Origin: an uncultured Gemmatimonadaceae bacterium
GTDB taxonomy: Bacteria; Gemmatimonadota; Gemmatimonadetes; Gemmatimonadales; Gemmatimonadaceae
DNA: 64,000 nucleotides
Assembly: GCA_963790305.1 (NCBI GenBank)
Contig: CAWBOC010000009.1
Coordinates: forward strand, 1 to 64,000
Direction of reading: 5' to 3'
The translations under genes were made by a program, and so were the position numbers. How positions within the stretch are numbered: the first letter of the stretch is position 1; each line of letters starts with the position of its first letter. The notes below the pieces were generated by a model. The model did not search any database and was not told the DNA's origin. It saw only the letters and a program-made list of their open reading frames with translations. This document shows, piece after piece, positions 1 through 10,724 of the stretch.

Positions 1-867
1 TGTCGCGCTGCCGGACGCACTGGCGGCGTACCGCCGGCACGGGGTGACGGTCGCGGGCGGGTCCACCGCCTTCTACTCCATGTTCCTGGCCGAGCAGCGC
101 AAACAGCCCGGCGAGAGGCTGATCCCCACGCTGCGGCTGCTGGCGGGCGGCGGCGCGCCCAAGCCACCGGAGCTGTACCACGCCGTCGTCCGGGAGATGG
201 GCGTGCAGCTCACCCACGGCTACGGCATGACCGAGGTCCCGATGATCACGATGGGGTCGCCGGACGACACCCCCGAGAACCTGGCGACGACCGAGGGGCG
301 GCCGCCCGCGGGGATGGAGATACGGATCGTCGGACGGGGAGGTGCGGCTGCGCGGCGAGGCCGTCTGCCAGGGCTATCTGGACGCGGCGCAGATCGGCGG
401 AGGCCTTCGACGCCGACGGTTTCCTGCGCACCGGCGACCTCGGGCATCTGACCGAGAGCGGTCATCTGGTGCTGACCGGGCGGCTCAAGGACGTCATCAT
501 CCGCAAGGGCGAGAACATCTCCGCGAAGGAGATCGAGGAACTGCTGCACCGGCACCCGGCGGTCGGGGACGTGGCGGTGATCGGGCTGCCGGACGCCGGA
601 GCGCGGGGAGCGGGTGTGCGCGGTGGTGGAACAGCCGGCGGGGGCCGAGCGCCGCTGACGCTGGAGGCGGTGACCGCGTATCTGCGGGCGGAGGGGCTGT
701 CCGTGCACAAGCTGCCGGAGCAGCTGGAGGTGGTGGACGCCCTTCCGCGGAACGAGACCCTGCGGAAGGTGCTGAAGTACAAGCTGCGGGAGCGGTACTC
801 GTGGGGCGACGCGTGCCCGAGCGGTGTCCGCGAGGGGCTCACTTCGGCCGGTCGCTCGGGACCGTGA
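1..867 (+). CDS. AMP-dependent acyl-CoA synthetase/ligase, 5'-partial, frameshifted
   Basis: YGMTE motif, 'GFLRTGDLG', '[22 protein letters not shown]' and '[12 protein letters not shown]' spread over ORFs 44-451, 342-872 and 469-867. Confidence 0.85.
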   Translation, partial: CRAAGRTGGVPPARGDGRGRVHRLLLHVPGRAAQTARREADPHAAAAGGRRRAQATGAVPRRRPGDGRAAHPRLRHDRGPDDHDGVAGRHPREPGDDRGAAARGDGDTDRRTGRCGCAARPSARAIWTRRRSAEAFDADGFLRTGDLGHLTESGHLVLTGRLKDVIIRKGENISAKEIEELLHRHPAVGDVAVIGLPDAGARGAGVRGGGTAGGGRAPLTLEAVTAYLRAEGLSVHKLPEQLEVVDALPRNETLRKVLKYKLRERYSWGDACPSGVREGLTSAGRSGP

Positions 868-1367
868 AGTAGCGGGCGAAGCCGGTCACGACCTCGTCCT
901 CGCCGACCTTGCCGTCGCCGTCCGCGTCGAGGGCGGCGGCGGCCTGTGCGCGGCGGCGTCCTCGCGCGCGCCGAGGGCACGTCAGCACGCGCGCCGCCGC
1001 CTGATGGTGGCCGCGCCGTCGCCGTCCTCGTCGGCGATGGCGAGCGCCGCGTGCAGGAAGGGGCGGGCGATCTCGGCGAACCGGTCGCGGGTTGTCGCGC
1101 AGCCGCTTCACCGCGCCCGTGACGAACTCCTGGCGGGTGACCCGCTGGTCGCCGTCCACGTCGGCGATGCCCGCCATGCCCTGCCAGAACGCCTCGGCGC
1201 CGCTGTAGAGGGCCTGGCCCTTGTCGGACCGGGCGGCGATGCCGAACTCCGCGAGCAGCGCCTGCGGCCGCCCCGCTGAAGTCCTCGCGGTCGATGTAGC
1301 CGTTGCCGTCCTGGTCGAAGGTGGCGAACCGGGCGGCGATCTTGCGCTCGTACTCGCTGCTGACCAT
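839..1367 (-). CDS. EF-hand calcium-binding protein (calerythrin/Cab-like), frameshifted
   Basis: EF loops [30 protein letters not shown] and [12 protein letters not shown] across three frames. Confidence 0.85.
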
Positions 1368-1521
1368 GTCTCTTCGGGGCGCCTTACGTCACGTGGGTGC
1401 GTCCGCCGGAGCGTACGACGCGGGGCCCGTACGGGCGCGGCGAAAGCGGCACTTGTGCCACGACCGGGGAATTCCGGCGACAAGGGCGTGGTGACGACGT
1501 GCGGGACCTCCGACCGATGCG

Positions 1522-1911
1522 TCACGGCCGCTCACGCGGACAGCGGGCCGCCCTCGTCGCCCGGCCGACGCCGCGTCCGCGTACACCTCGAAGAGCCGGC
1601 GTACGCCCAGCGCGGCCAGCACCCGGTTGACGTGCGAGCCGTCCTCCGCGCCCTGGGCGGGCAGGATCAGGCGCAGCCGGCCCTGGCAGGAGCGCATGCA
1701 GCCGGCGGGTGGCGATCAGCACGCCGACGCCGCTGGAGTCGCAGAAGAACACCTCGGAGAGGTCGAGCACCAGATCGTGCCGCCCGTCGGCCACCGCGTC
1801 ATGGACATGCTGGCGCACCACCGGGGACGTGACCAGATCCAGCTCGCCGCGACACGTGGAGCACGGCCCATGCGCCCTGCTCGCCGTCTCGGTCACATTG
1901 AACGTCACCAC
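1522..1911 (-). CDS. STAS-domain anti-sigma factor antagonist, frameshifted
   Basis: 'GELDLVTSPVVRQHV...LVLDLSEVFFCDSSGVGVL' (DSSG phospho-Ser motif), continuing as 'RVLAALGVRRLFEVY'. Confidence 0.85.
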   Translation of the reverse strand: MVTFNVTETASRAHGPCSTCRGELDLVTSPVVRQHVHDAVADGRHDLVLDLSEVFFCDSSGVGVLIATRRLHALLPGPAAPDPARPGRGGRLARQPGAGRAGRTPALRGVRGRGVGRATRAARCPRERP

Positions 1912-2237
1912 GCACGTCCCTTCGGTCGCCGAACGCGAACGGAAGTCCCTACGCTTCCTTGCAGCGCGGCTGCCCAGCGGCCGTTCCCTGAAACACGGCC
2001 GAAAAACGATACCCAGAGAGGCTTGTTTCAGTCGCTTCGATCCTGTTCGACTCGTCGTCTGATCGGCAAGTGGAAGGGTAGCGCGACGTCCACTACCACC
2101 GCGGCGCTCCGCAGGGGGCGCACATTGCCACAAAGGGGCGTGCGCTAGTCGGAGGCGCCGACTACATTCGAGTGAGACAGGCAGGCACGCGGCAGACAGG
2201 GACAGGCGCGGGACAGGGCAGGGCGTGAGGGGGCCGC

Positions 2238-2824
2238 ATGGCGAAAAGGACGCACCGCCCCGCTGGGACCGCAGGATGCAGCAGCGGCTCGCGCGCGGCG
2301 AGGCCGCCGCGCTCGGTGAGCTGTACGACCGGTTCGCCTCGCTCGTGCACAGCCTCGCCCACCGCGTGCTCGGACGACGAGGACGCCGCCGACCGCGTCA
2401 CCCGCGAGGTCTTCGCCTACGTCTGGGAGAACCCGGACGCCTACGACCCCAAGCAGGGCTCGCTGCGCTCCTGGGTCGCCACGCTCACCCACCGCCAGGC
2501 CGTGCAGCGGCTGCGCGCCACCGAGACCGCCGCGCTCGCCGAGGGCGGCGAGGGCACCGCGCGAGGAGCTGGAGCAGAAGGTGCGCCGCGCCTCCGTCGC
2601 CGCCCGCGCCGACTACATCGTCACCTCCATGCCGGCGCCGCTGCGCGCCGCCCTGGAGCTGGCGTACTTCCAGCGCCGCGACTACCGCCAGACCGCCGCC
2701 GACCTCGGCGTCACCGAGGACGAGGCCCGCCGCCGGCTGCGCCTGGGCCTCCAGCTGCTGTCCACCGCCCACGACCCGTCGCCGCACCCAGGCGCACCGC
2801 CCGGCTACGGACGGTGCGCTGTGA
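2238..2824 (+). CDS. ECF sigma-70 family sigma factor, frameshifted
   Basis: Region 2 'ALGELYDRFASLVHSLAHRVL..DAADRVTREVFAYVW..GSLRSWVATLTHRQAVQRLR'; region 4 'LELAYFQRRDYRQTAADLGVTEDEARRRLRLGLQLL'. Confidence 0.85.
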
Positions 2825-4195
2825 ACGGCGCCGGCCGCGGACGACGGCGCACGACGCCCGGACGCCGACGGGGACGACGCCGCGGCCGGGACGGCCGGCG
2901 ACGACGCGGACGGCGCGAACCCCGGCGCCCACGGCCGGCCGGCGCCGACCGACCCCGCGGCACGGCGACCCGCCTGACGCCCCGATGCCCCGCGGCCCCC
3001 GTCGAGGACAGCCGGGCTGCCCGCTGCCCGCGCCCGGAGGACCTCCGGTGACCCGGCACCGCCGTCCGCCGCCGGCCCCGTGCCGCACACCGTGTCCTGA
3101 AGTCGCTGCTCGGCGCCTGGGCGCTGGCCGCCTGCTCCGCCGAGGAGACCGCGGCCGTCGAGGAGCACCTCGGCGACTGCGCGCCCTGCGCGGACGAGGC
3201 GCTGCGGCTGCGCGAGGCGGTCGGGCTGCTGCACACCGACCGAGAGCCTCGACCTCGACCCGCTGCTGCGCTCCCGGGTCCTGGAGGGCTGCCTGGGCCG
3301 CCGCCCGCCGCGCATCCCGGTGCCCGGCTGGGCGACGCCGTACGACGCGGAGACCGCCCGGCTGGACGCCCTGCTGCGGGACATCGGCGACGCCGAGTGG
3401 CACGCGCCGGTGCGGCTGCGCTGGTTCGAGGGCGAGCGCGCCGACGAGCCGGCGTACCACCGTCGCCGGGGTCATCGCGCATCTGATGACGCGTCGACGG
3501 CTGGTCGCGCGCGCGCTCGGGCCTGGCCGACCCGCTGGGCGACGTGCACGCCCCGGCGCCCGACTCCGGCCGCGCGCACCGAGGCGTACTGGCGGGCGCT
3601 CGCACGTCCCGCCCACCCGGGCCGTGCGGGAGCCCTGGCGGGAGCAGAGCCACGCCCTGGTCCGCACGGTGTCCTTCGCCGGGCGCGCGGCGCCGGCGAG
3701 ACTGGCCGTGTCCGTACGGCGACTTCGCCCTGCCGCTGCGCGACGCGATGCTGGACCGGGCCTTCGAGTGCTGGGTGCACGCGGAGGACATCGCGGAGGC
3801 GGTGGACTACCCGTACGAGCCGCCCTCGCCGCGCCACCTGCACCGCATGATCGACCTGGCGGCCCGGCATGCTGCCCGACGCGCTGGCCGCACGCCGCCG
3901 CGCCGGGCTCGCCGCACCCGCCCCGGCCGCCACCTGGTCGCGGCGGGCGCCCCGGGCCGCACCTGCACCTGGAGATCGAGGGCCGGGCGGCGGCGACTGG
4001 CTACATCCCCCTGGACTCCCCCGCCGCCGTGGGCTCCGCCGAACACGAGGTGGCCCAGTCGCCCTGGACGGCGTCGAGTTCTGCCGGCTGGCCGCCGGGC
4101 CATGTCCGCCGGAGGAGGCGGCGGCGGGCCAGGTGGGCGACCGGGAGGCGATCCGGGACGTCCTGTTCGCGGCGGCCTCGCTGAGCCGGATGTAG
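2821..4195 (+). CDS. Zinc-finger (ZAS) anti-sigma factor fused to an MDMPI/DinB-like domain, heavily frameshifted
   Basis: 'SLLGAWAL..EEHLGDCAPC' (HxxxCxxC); 'TVAGVIAHL' and 'FECWVHAEDI' typical of the MDMPI-like family; GTGA overlap with the sigma gene. Confidence 0.7.
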
Positions 4196-4308
4196 AGCCC
4201 CGCGGGCTCGCCCTGAGGGGCGCGGGCTGTGTCGATGCGCGGATCCGCCGCGTGGGCGCGAACGCCACAAACCGCCCGCACTCGCCACAAACGGGACGAC
4301 CCGAGCTC

Positions 4309-5136
4309 CTAGGCGAAGACGACCGTCCGGCGGCCGTTCAGCAGAATCCGGCGCTCCGCGTGCCACTTCACCGCCCGGGCCAGCGCCTGGCACTCCACGT
4401 CGCGGCCGACCGCGACCAGCTGGTCCGGCGTCACCTCGTGGCCCACCCGCTCGACCTCCTGCTCGATGATCGGCCCCTCGTCGAGGTCGGCCGTCACGTA
4501 GTGCGCCGTCGCGCCGATCAGCTTCACACCGCGCGCATGCGCCTGGTGGTACGGCTTCGCGCCCTTGAAGCTCGGCAGGAAGGAGTGGTGGATGTTGATG
4601 ATCCGGCCGCTCAGCTGCTTGCACAGGTCGTCCGAGAGCACCTGCATGTAGCGGGCGAGCACGACCAGCTCGACGTCCTCCTCGCGCACCAGCTCCAGCA
4701 GCTCGCGCCTCGGCCTCGCGCCTTGGTGTCCTTCGTCACCGGGATGTGGTGGAACGGGATGTCGTACGAGCCCACCAGCTCGGCGAAGTCCGTGTGGTTG
4801 GAGACCACCGCCGCGATCTCCACCGGCAGCGCGCCGATCCGCGACCGGAACAGCAGGTCGTTCAGGCAGTGCCCGAACTTGCTGACCATCAGGACGATCC
4901 GCATCTTCTCGTCGGCCCGGTGGATCTGCCAGTCCATCTGGAAGGAGTCGCCGATCGCCGCGAAGCTGGCCCGCAGCTTCTCCACGGTCACCGGCGGCGT
5001 CCGCCGAGAAGTGGACCCGCATGAAGAACAGCCCCGTGTCGTGGTCGCCGAACTGCTGGCTGTCCTCGATGTTGCAGCCGGTCATGAAGAGGTAGCTCGA
5101 CACGGCGTGCACGATGCCCTGCTTGTCCGGGCAGGA
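4309..5136 (-). CDS. purU: Formyltetrahydrofolate deformylase, N-terminus cut at a junction
   Basis: 'SCPDKQGIVHAVSSYL', 'VSKFGHCLNDLL', 'LARYMQVLS..INIHHSFLPSFKGAKPYHQAHARGVKLIGATAHYVTADLDEGPII'. Confidence 0.93.
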   Translation of the reverse strand, partial: SCPDKQGIVHAVSSYLFMTGCNIEDSQQFGDHDTGLFFMRVHFSADAAGDRGEAAGQLRGDRRLLPDGLADPPGRREDADRPDGQQVRALPERPAVPVADRRAAGGDRGGGLQPHGLRRAGGLVRHPVPPHPGDEGHQGARPRRELLELVREEDVELVVLARYMQVLSDDLCKQLSGRIINIHHSFLPSFKGAKPYHQAHARGVKLIGATAHYVTADLDEGPIIEQEVERVGHEVTPDQLVAVGRDVECQALARAVKWHAERRILLNGRRTVVFA

Positions 5137-5413
5137 AATCGTCTGGCGCGAGGCGGTGCGCTACCTTCTGAGCTTCAACGAGCCGGTGCCGGCGGTCCCG
5201 CGGCTCACGACGATCGCAACGGACCGGGCGGCCGACCCCGCGGCCCGGCTCACGGCGGCCTGCGTGCTCCGCTGGCTCGGGCGCTCGTCGGCCGACGTGA
5301 CCGCGGCGGTCCGCGAGTTGGTGCTTCATTCGGACTTGTCGATCTCGTCGGGGGCCCGCACCGAGTTGAAGTTGTCCCGGGACGATCCGAACCCCGTTAT
5401 CATCTCCCCTTGA
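5137..5413 (+). other. C-terminal fragment of an unrelated helical-repeat (HEAT-like) protein
   Basis: Open frame 'AVPRLTTIATDRAADPAARLTAACVLRWLG' ends in TGA overlapping the next ATG; no credible start. Confidence 0.35.
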
Positions 5414-5595
5414 TGTCCACCGCCGCCGTCTTCCCGTTCGACCTGTTCGGCCACGCCGGGACCGGGGCCGGGGCCGCAGCTGCTCGGCGACGTCGTCCGC
5501 GAGGTCGTCGAGGACACGGCCGACGAGCCGCGGCCGACCCGGTCACATCTCTTCGCGCAGGAACTTGCGGTCGAGGAGTTCGCCTTCGAGAACGA
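5413..5595 (+). other. N-terminal gene fragment, possibly arginase/ureohydrolase-like
   Basis: 'MSTAAVFPFDLFGHAGTGAG(P)QLLGDVVREVVED' resembles the ureohydrolase N-terminal P-x-D...G...GP pattern; truncated. Confidence 0.4.
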
Positions 5596-5934
5596 TGGAG
5601 CAGGCGGAGGCCGACGACCGGTTCGCCCACCAATGGCGATTGCCGCTCCAAGAGAGGAAACCGCGCAATGGTCGCGCTCTCGCGGGTTCCCGCCGTAGTC
5701 ACGCGGCGAAACTCCGAGCATACTCGAGGAGACGCCGGACCGTTCCCACCAGGCGAGCGCGGCGGGATTCAGCGCCGACGTCGGATCGAACTCACCGAGC
5801 GCACCGCCAGTGGCGCGAGCGCGCGAGCTGATCTGGCCTGGGTGATAGCCGAAGCCTTGCGTGCTCAACGTGCCCTGCGCCGCCAGCGGCAACTCAATCA
5901 CGAAGAGAGAGAGGAGCCAGTTGGGGCGTATCAC
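5596..5934 (-). CDS. Exported/outer-membrane hypothetical protein, 3'-truncated at the junction
   Basis: Signal peptide then 'QGTLSTQGFGY..SSRARATGGA..NPAALA' (FadL/PorV-like N-terminal pattern); GTGA overlap with the upstream gene. Confidence 0.55.
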
Positions 5935-7218
5935 GGCAGGGAGAAGTCGACGCGAGGAATGTAGCTGATCTCGACACGAGGACGCAGGCTCGCCGGCGCC
6001 TCGTTCGAGTAGAAATAGAACTCCGACGGGAACTCCCCCTCGCGCCCCGAGCGCAGCACGATCACACGCGGAAGATCGGCCTCGGGTGTCAGTCGCCAGA
6101 ACGGGATGGTACCCGCGAGCTCGAAGCGAACCAGCCCGCTGTCACGAGGAGCGCGCGTCTGCTGGAATAGACCCGGGGTGGCACGAAGAGAAGAGCGGCG
6201 CGGCCGACATCGAGCAGATCGCGCGCGATGGAGACGTTGGCTTGACAGGCGTTCGCACCGTGTCATCCGTGCGGCCGCGCACCGGCGCTTGCGTGAGCAC
6301 CAAGGTCGCCCGGACCACCGTCACCGAATCGACGAGGTTGCTCGGGAGCGATAGCCGGAGGTACGCGCGCTGGGCCGGGAGACCGCCGACCGCGAGCACC
6401 TGAGGCGGCGGCGCGGGGGTGCCTCGCAACACGATCAAATACCGATCGAGCGCCGGCAGGTCGCCACCCTCGCCCGTCGAGCTGGACGCTGGACCGACCG
6501 AGCGCGTGATCGTGTCTGCGCCGGCTCGCGCCCAGAACCTGAGGAAGTTGACCGCCGCGATCGGGACCTGCATCGAGGAGTCGGATCGTATGCGAAGCCC
6601 CACCCGCAAGCGGCCGCCCTGCACCCGCGCGCGAATGGCCGCAGTATCCAGGCGCACGAAGACGCTGTCGGGGAGGGAGTCGCGCCTAACGGTGTACGAC
6701 CCGATCAGGGTGCTCGGCCGAAAGCGCGCCCGCACCGCCGCGGTATCGAAGTCCGACGCCGTGGTGTCGACGTCGGATACCTCGATCGTCACCGGAACGC
6801 GCTTGAGGGTATCGCGCCGGCTGAGACTGTCCAGCGCCCCGCTCACGATCGATAGACGCAGCTCGGCCGAGTCCACCTTGGCGACGAGAACCGAATCGGT
6901 GCCTACCGGAATGGTCCGGGGAACGAAGTCGAAGCGCGCGATGCCGGCGGTGATCGCGGGATCGCCGTTTCCGAAGCGCTGGAGCAGCGTGAGCTGATTC
7001 TCGCTGCCGGGCAGCGGGAAGCCGCGAACGCTGGAGTCCAGCACCACGACGGCCTCGAGCGTGTCGTTGACGATGTCGAACCCGCTTTCCGGACACAGCA
7101 CCGGGCAGGCGGCTCCGCCAGTGAAGTCCTCCGAGCACGCGCCCACGGCCACCACGACCGAGACTGCGGCAATGAGCACGGCAAGACGATTAGGCAAGAC
7201 GAGTACTCCGCGCTTCAT
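5931..7218 (-). CDS. Hypothetical lipoprotein, frameshift near 6230
   Basis: MKRG.. hydrophobic stretch with lipobox 'VGAC'; ATGA overlap with cdd. Confidence 0.65.
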
Positions 7219-7620
7219 TGATGGGTAAGCGATTGCGGCGTGAAGGGAGACGGGAGGAGCGCATCCAGGGTCCAGCGTGCTTCCTCGCCCGCGGCGGTCA
7301 CGCTGACGACCTCGATGGCAGGCGCGAATTCCACCAGTACCTGCCGGCAGACCCCGCAGGGCGGCGTCGGCTCGGTGGCCTCGGTGGCGAGGACGATACG
7401 ACTGAACGACCGGACCCCTGCCGCCACAGCCGCGGCGATCGCGCCACGCTCGGCGCAGATCGTACCCCGAACATGCGTTCTCGACGTTACATCCCACATA
7501 AACGTGCCCGTCCGAGTCCTCGAGCGCCGCGCCAACGCGAAAGCCCGAGTAGGGCGCGTACACGCGCATCATCGCGCCGAGGGCCGCGGCGCGCAGAAGC
7601 TCCATCGACGCGTTCGTCAC
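7215..7620 (-). CDS. cdd: Cytidine deaminase, frameshifted
   Basis: '[20 protein letters not shown]', 'ICAERGAI', 'PCGVCRQVL'. Confidence 0.93.
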
Positions 7621-8785
7621 GCCAGCAGCTCGGACAGGAATGACGTCCCACGGCCCCGAAATCCAACGCCCAGCCATTCACCGACCGTCGCGCCGAGATC
7701 GGCGAAGGTCGACCGCTCCCCCAGATCAGTGGGGCGCACGCGCGCACCCGCCACGAGGAGCGGTGCGATCTCCCTTGAATGGCTCGGTGGAAGGCGTCGT
7801 TGGATCATTGCGGGGATCGGCGGTGAGAAAGAGCAGGTCGTCCTCGCGCAGGGCGGAGAGAAGCGTGGGAAGGGTTCCGTCGACTCGAACGGAGCGCTCG
7901 ACGAAACCCCGCTGCGTCGTTTCGGTGCCCCCAGAGCTGGTCGAAATCTACTAGGTTCGCGAAAAGGAACCCACTAGGCATTTCACGCAATGCACGGCCG
8001 ATTGCTTCGAGGCCGGCTGCATTGTCGGGCGTATGCTCAGCCGCGATCGACCGGCCAGCGAAAAGGTCATCGACCTTTCCCACGCCGCGTCGGGCAATGC
8101 CCGCGCTCGCCAGCGCATCGAGCAGCGTTTCCGACGGAGGCGCGATCGAAAAATCGCGGCGATGCGGCGTGCGACTGAAGTGGCCATCGGCTCCCACGAA
8201 GGGACGTGCGATGACGCGCGACACGTCGTGCGGCGCGACCAGCATCTCACGGGCGAGCCTGCACGCGTCGTACAGCGCCTCGAGGGGAACGACCCCTTCG
8301 TGTGCCGCAACCTGAAAGACCGAATCGGCTGAGGTATACACAATGAGATTTCCACTGCGCACGTGCTCGGCGCCGAACCGCTCGATGACCTCGGTTCCGC
8401 TGGCGACGACGTTTCCGATCACTCCACGCCCCACGCGGCGCGAGAACTCGCCAATGACGTCCGGTGGGAAGCCGTTCGAGTACGTGGGAAACGGCTTGGC
8501 CAGGTGAATACCGCAGATCTCCCAGTGCCCGGTGGTACTGTCCTTCCCGGCCGATGCGGGACGCATGCGCCCCCACGCGCCGGCGGGATCGGAAATCGGC
8601 GCGACTCCCTCGAGCGCTCGGAGGCGCCCAAGCCCCAGTCGCTCCAGATTCGGCACGTCGAGGCCCCCGACGGCCAGAGCCAGGTTGCCGAGCGTGTCAC
8701 TGCCGGCGTCGCCGTAGGATGCCGCGTCAGAAGCCGCTCCGGCGCCCACTCCGTCGAGCACGATCACAATGGCGCGACGCTTCAC
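7617..8785 (-). CDS. deoB: Phosphopentomutase, frameshifted near the 3' end
   Basis: '[10 protein letters not shown]', '[10 protein letters not shown]', '[14 protein letters not shown]', 'RVIARPF', '[14 protein letters not shown]'. Confidence 0.93.
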
Positions 8786-9864
8786 GGGCTGGTGCCAACG
8801 CCAAGATACGCACGCGGGAGGCGACCGCGCAGGCGTGTGAGAAGCTCGTACGGAGACATCTCGGCATCACGAGCGACGGTCGCGACGTTGAGCGCGGTGT
8901 CGCCCCCGATCACCGTGGCGACATCGCCTAACGCGCACGGGACGCCGGTGACGTCCACCATCGTCATGTCCATCGTGACCAGGCCCGCGACACAGACGCG
9001 CCGGTCGCCCAGGATGGCGCAGCCGCGGTTGGAGAGGGATCGCGGGTACCCATCGGCATAGCCGATCCCGAGTGTCGCGATCTGCCGGGCTCCCACGGCG
9101 CGATAGGTGGCGTCGTAGCTGACCGTCTCCCCCTCGCCGATGTGTCGCAGGTCGACGACGCGCGCCCGAAGGTGCACCACTGGCTCCGGCTCGACGAGGG
9201 CGCCCTCCCCGCTGCCGACGCCATAGAGAAAGATCCCGGGACGCACGCAGTCCCACTCGCTCCCGTTGCGTCTGGCCACCGCGGCGGAATTCTCGGCGTG
9301 CAAAATCCCTGGGCGCTCTGGCAGCGTCGCCACCGCTAGGCGAAACCGTTCCTCCTGCTCCTCGACCGATCCGTCGTTGCGCTCGGCGGAGTGGAAGTGC
9401 GTGTACGCACCTTCCGGAGGACAGCGGACAATTGCGTCGCGGAGCGCGCCTACTTCGTCCCAGCGCACGCCGGCGCGGCTCATCCCGGTGTCGATGGCGA
9501 GGTGCCACGCGCCGCCGCCGTCGATTCGCCACCGGTCGATGCTCTCAGGACGCGAGAGCGAGGGGATGATTCCCGCCGCGCGCGCGTCGAGAAGCTCGTC
9601 GTCGTCCAGCGGCGTGAAGATGACGAGGGGGCGCGTGATACCGGCGGTGCGAAGCTCGAGCCCTTCGCGCACGGTTGCGACGCCGTAGCCCCAGGGCTCG
9701 AGCGGCTCGAGCGCGCGCGCCACGGGAATGGCGCCCAAACCGTACGCATCGGCCTTGATCATTGGCAGGAGCGGCGCCCGCGCCCGTTGCGCGACCGCGG
9801 CTGCATTTCGCTGCAACGCGCCTAGATCGATTTCGACCCAGGCGCGCTTCTCGGATGCTCGCAT
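8782..9864 (-). CDS. alr: Alanine racemase
   Basis: 'AWVEIDLGALQRN', PLP lysine 'IKADAYGLG', 'GYADGYPR', 'TMDM'. Confidence 0.95.
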   Translation of the reverse strand: MRASEKRAWVEIDLGALQRNAAAVAQRARAPLLPMIKADAYGLGAIPVARALEPLEPWGYGVATVREGLELRTAGITRPLVIFTPLDDDELLDARAAGIIPSLSRPESIDRWRIDGGGAWHLAIDTGMSRAGVRWDEVGALRDAIVRCPPEGAYTHFHSAERNDGSVEEQEERFRLAVATLPERPGILHAENSAAVARRNGSEWDCVRPGIFLYGVGSGEGALVEPEPVVHLRARVVDLRHIGEGETVSYDATYRAVGARQIATLGIGYADGYPRSLSNRGCAILGDRRVCVAGLVTMDMTMVDVTGVPCALGDVATVIGGDTALNVATVARDAEMSPYELLTRLRGRLPRAYLGVGTSP

Positions 9865-9912
9865 TGACGCGTCTCGACTCGGGCGGGTAGTATAACCGGC
9901 TTCGGAGGAGCC
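9864..9912. promoter_or_regulatory. Candidate divergent promoters for alr and mazG, plus mazG RBS
   Basis: Plus strand TTGACG-18-TAGTAT; minus strand TATACT at 9889-9894; GGAGGAG before ATG 9913. Confidence 0.5.
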
Positions 9913-10710
9913 ATGCAAGACAAGACGACGCTTGAAGATGCGCTCGCGCTCATGCGCGATTTGCGAGCGCGGTGCGAGTGGGATGCCGCGCAGACGCACG
10001 CATCACTGCGTCCGTACCTGCTGGAGGAGGCACATGAGCTCGACGACGCGCTTCGCGCCGGCGCCGACGCGCAGATTCGCGAGGAGCTCGCGGACCTCCT
10101 GCTCCAAGTCCTCTTTCACTCGATCATCGCCGAGGAGCGTGGCGCCTTTACCGCGCACGGCGTTGCGGATGCTCTGGTGACGAAGATGCGAGCCCGGCAT
10201 CCCCACCTGTACGGCGGGGGCGCGCGCGGCTCGTGGGAGCACATGAAGGCCGCTACGCGAGCGTCGATCGTCGATGGGCTTCCGGTCGGGTTGCCAGCGC
10301 TTCACCGCGCACATCGACTGCAGGATCGCGCGGCAGGGGTCGGCTTCGACTGGCCTGATGTCGAGGGGCCATCGCAAAAAGTCGATGAGGAGCTGGCCGA
10401 AGTTCGCGAGCAGCTTCGAGAAAATCCGGTGACACCTGGGACGGGCGGCGTGCCGGTGCTCGATGAACGCCATCTTGCGCTGGAAGAAGAACTTGGGGAC
10501 CTTCTGTTCGCGTGCGTTAACATGTGCAGGAAGGCCGGCGTTCACGCGTCGCTCGCCCTCGATCGCGCCAACGAAAAGTTCGCGCGCCGATTTCAGACGA
10601 TGGAGCGGATGGCGGAAGCGCGTGGACAGCGAATGTCCGAGCTCGGACTGGAGGGGCTGGACGCGATGTGGGACGAGGCGAAGCGGAATGAAGCCCCGCG
10701 ACGCACGTAA
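9913..10710 (+). CDS. mazG: Nucleoside triphosphate pyrophosphohydrolase
   Basis: 'CEWDAAQTHASLRPYLLEEAHE', 'EELADLLLQV', 'AAGVGFDW', 'EELGDLLF'. Confidence 0.95.
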   Translation: MQDKTTLEDALALMRDLRARCEWDAAQTHASLRPYLLEEAHELDDALRAGADAQIREELADLLLQVLFHSIIAEERGAFTAHGVADALVTKMRARHPHLYGGGARGSWEHMKAATRASIVDGLPVGLPALHRAHRLQDRAAGVGFDWPDVEGPSQKVDEELAEVREQLRENPVTPGTGGVPVLDERHLALEEELGDLLFACVNMCRKAGVHASLALDRANEKFARRFQTMERMAEARGQRMSELGLEGLDAMWDEAKRNEAPRRT

Positions 10711-10724
10711 CGTCGAGCGCTACC

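Noticed and set aside
2173..2225. GACAGG-like repeats upstream of the ECF sigma gene
   Set aside because: Irregular spacing in an error-rich region; cannot be supported as an operator
1..5136. Horizontal transfer of an actinobacterial island
   Set aside because: Breakpoints fall mid-gene with no mobility genes; an artefactual join is more parsimonious
3544..5964. 806-aa and other long Arg/Pro/Ala-rich ORFs on alternate frames
   Set aside because: Shadow ORFs of high-GC DNA overlapping well-supported genes; this one also crosses the chimeric junction
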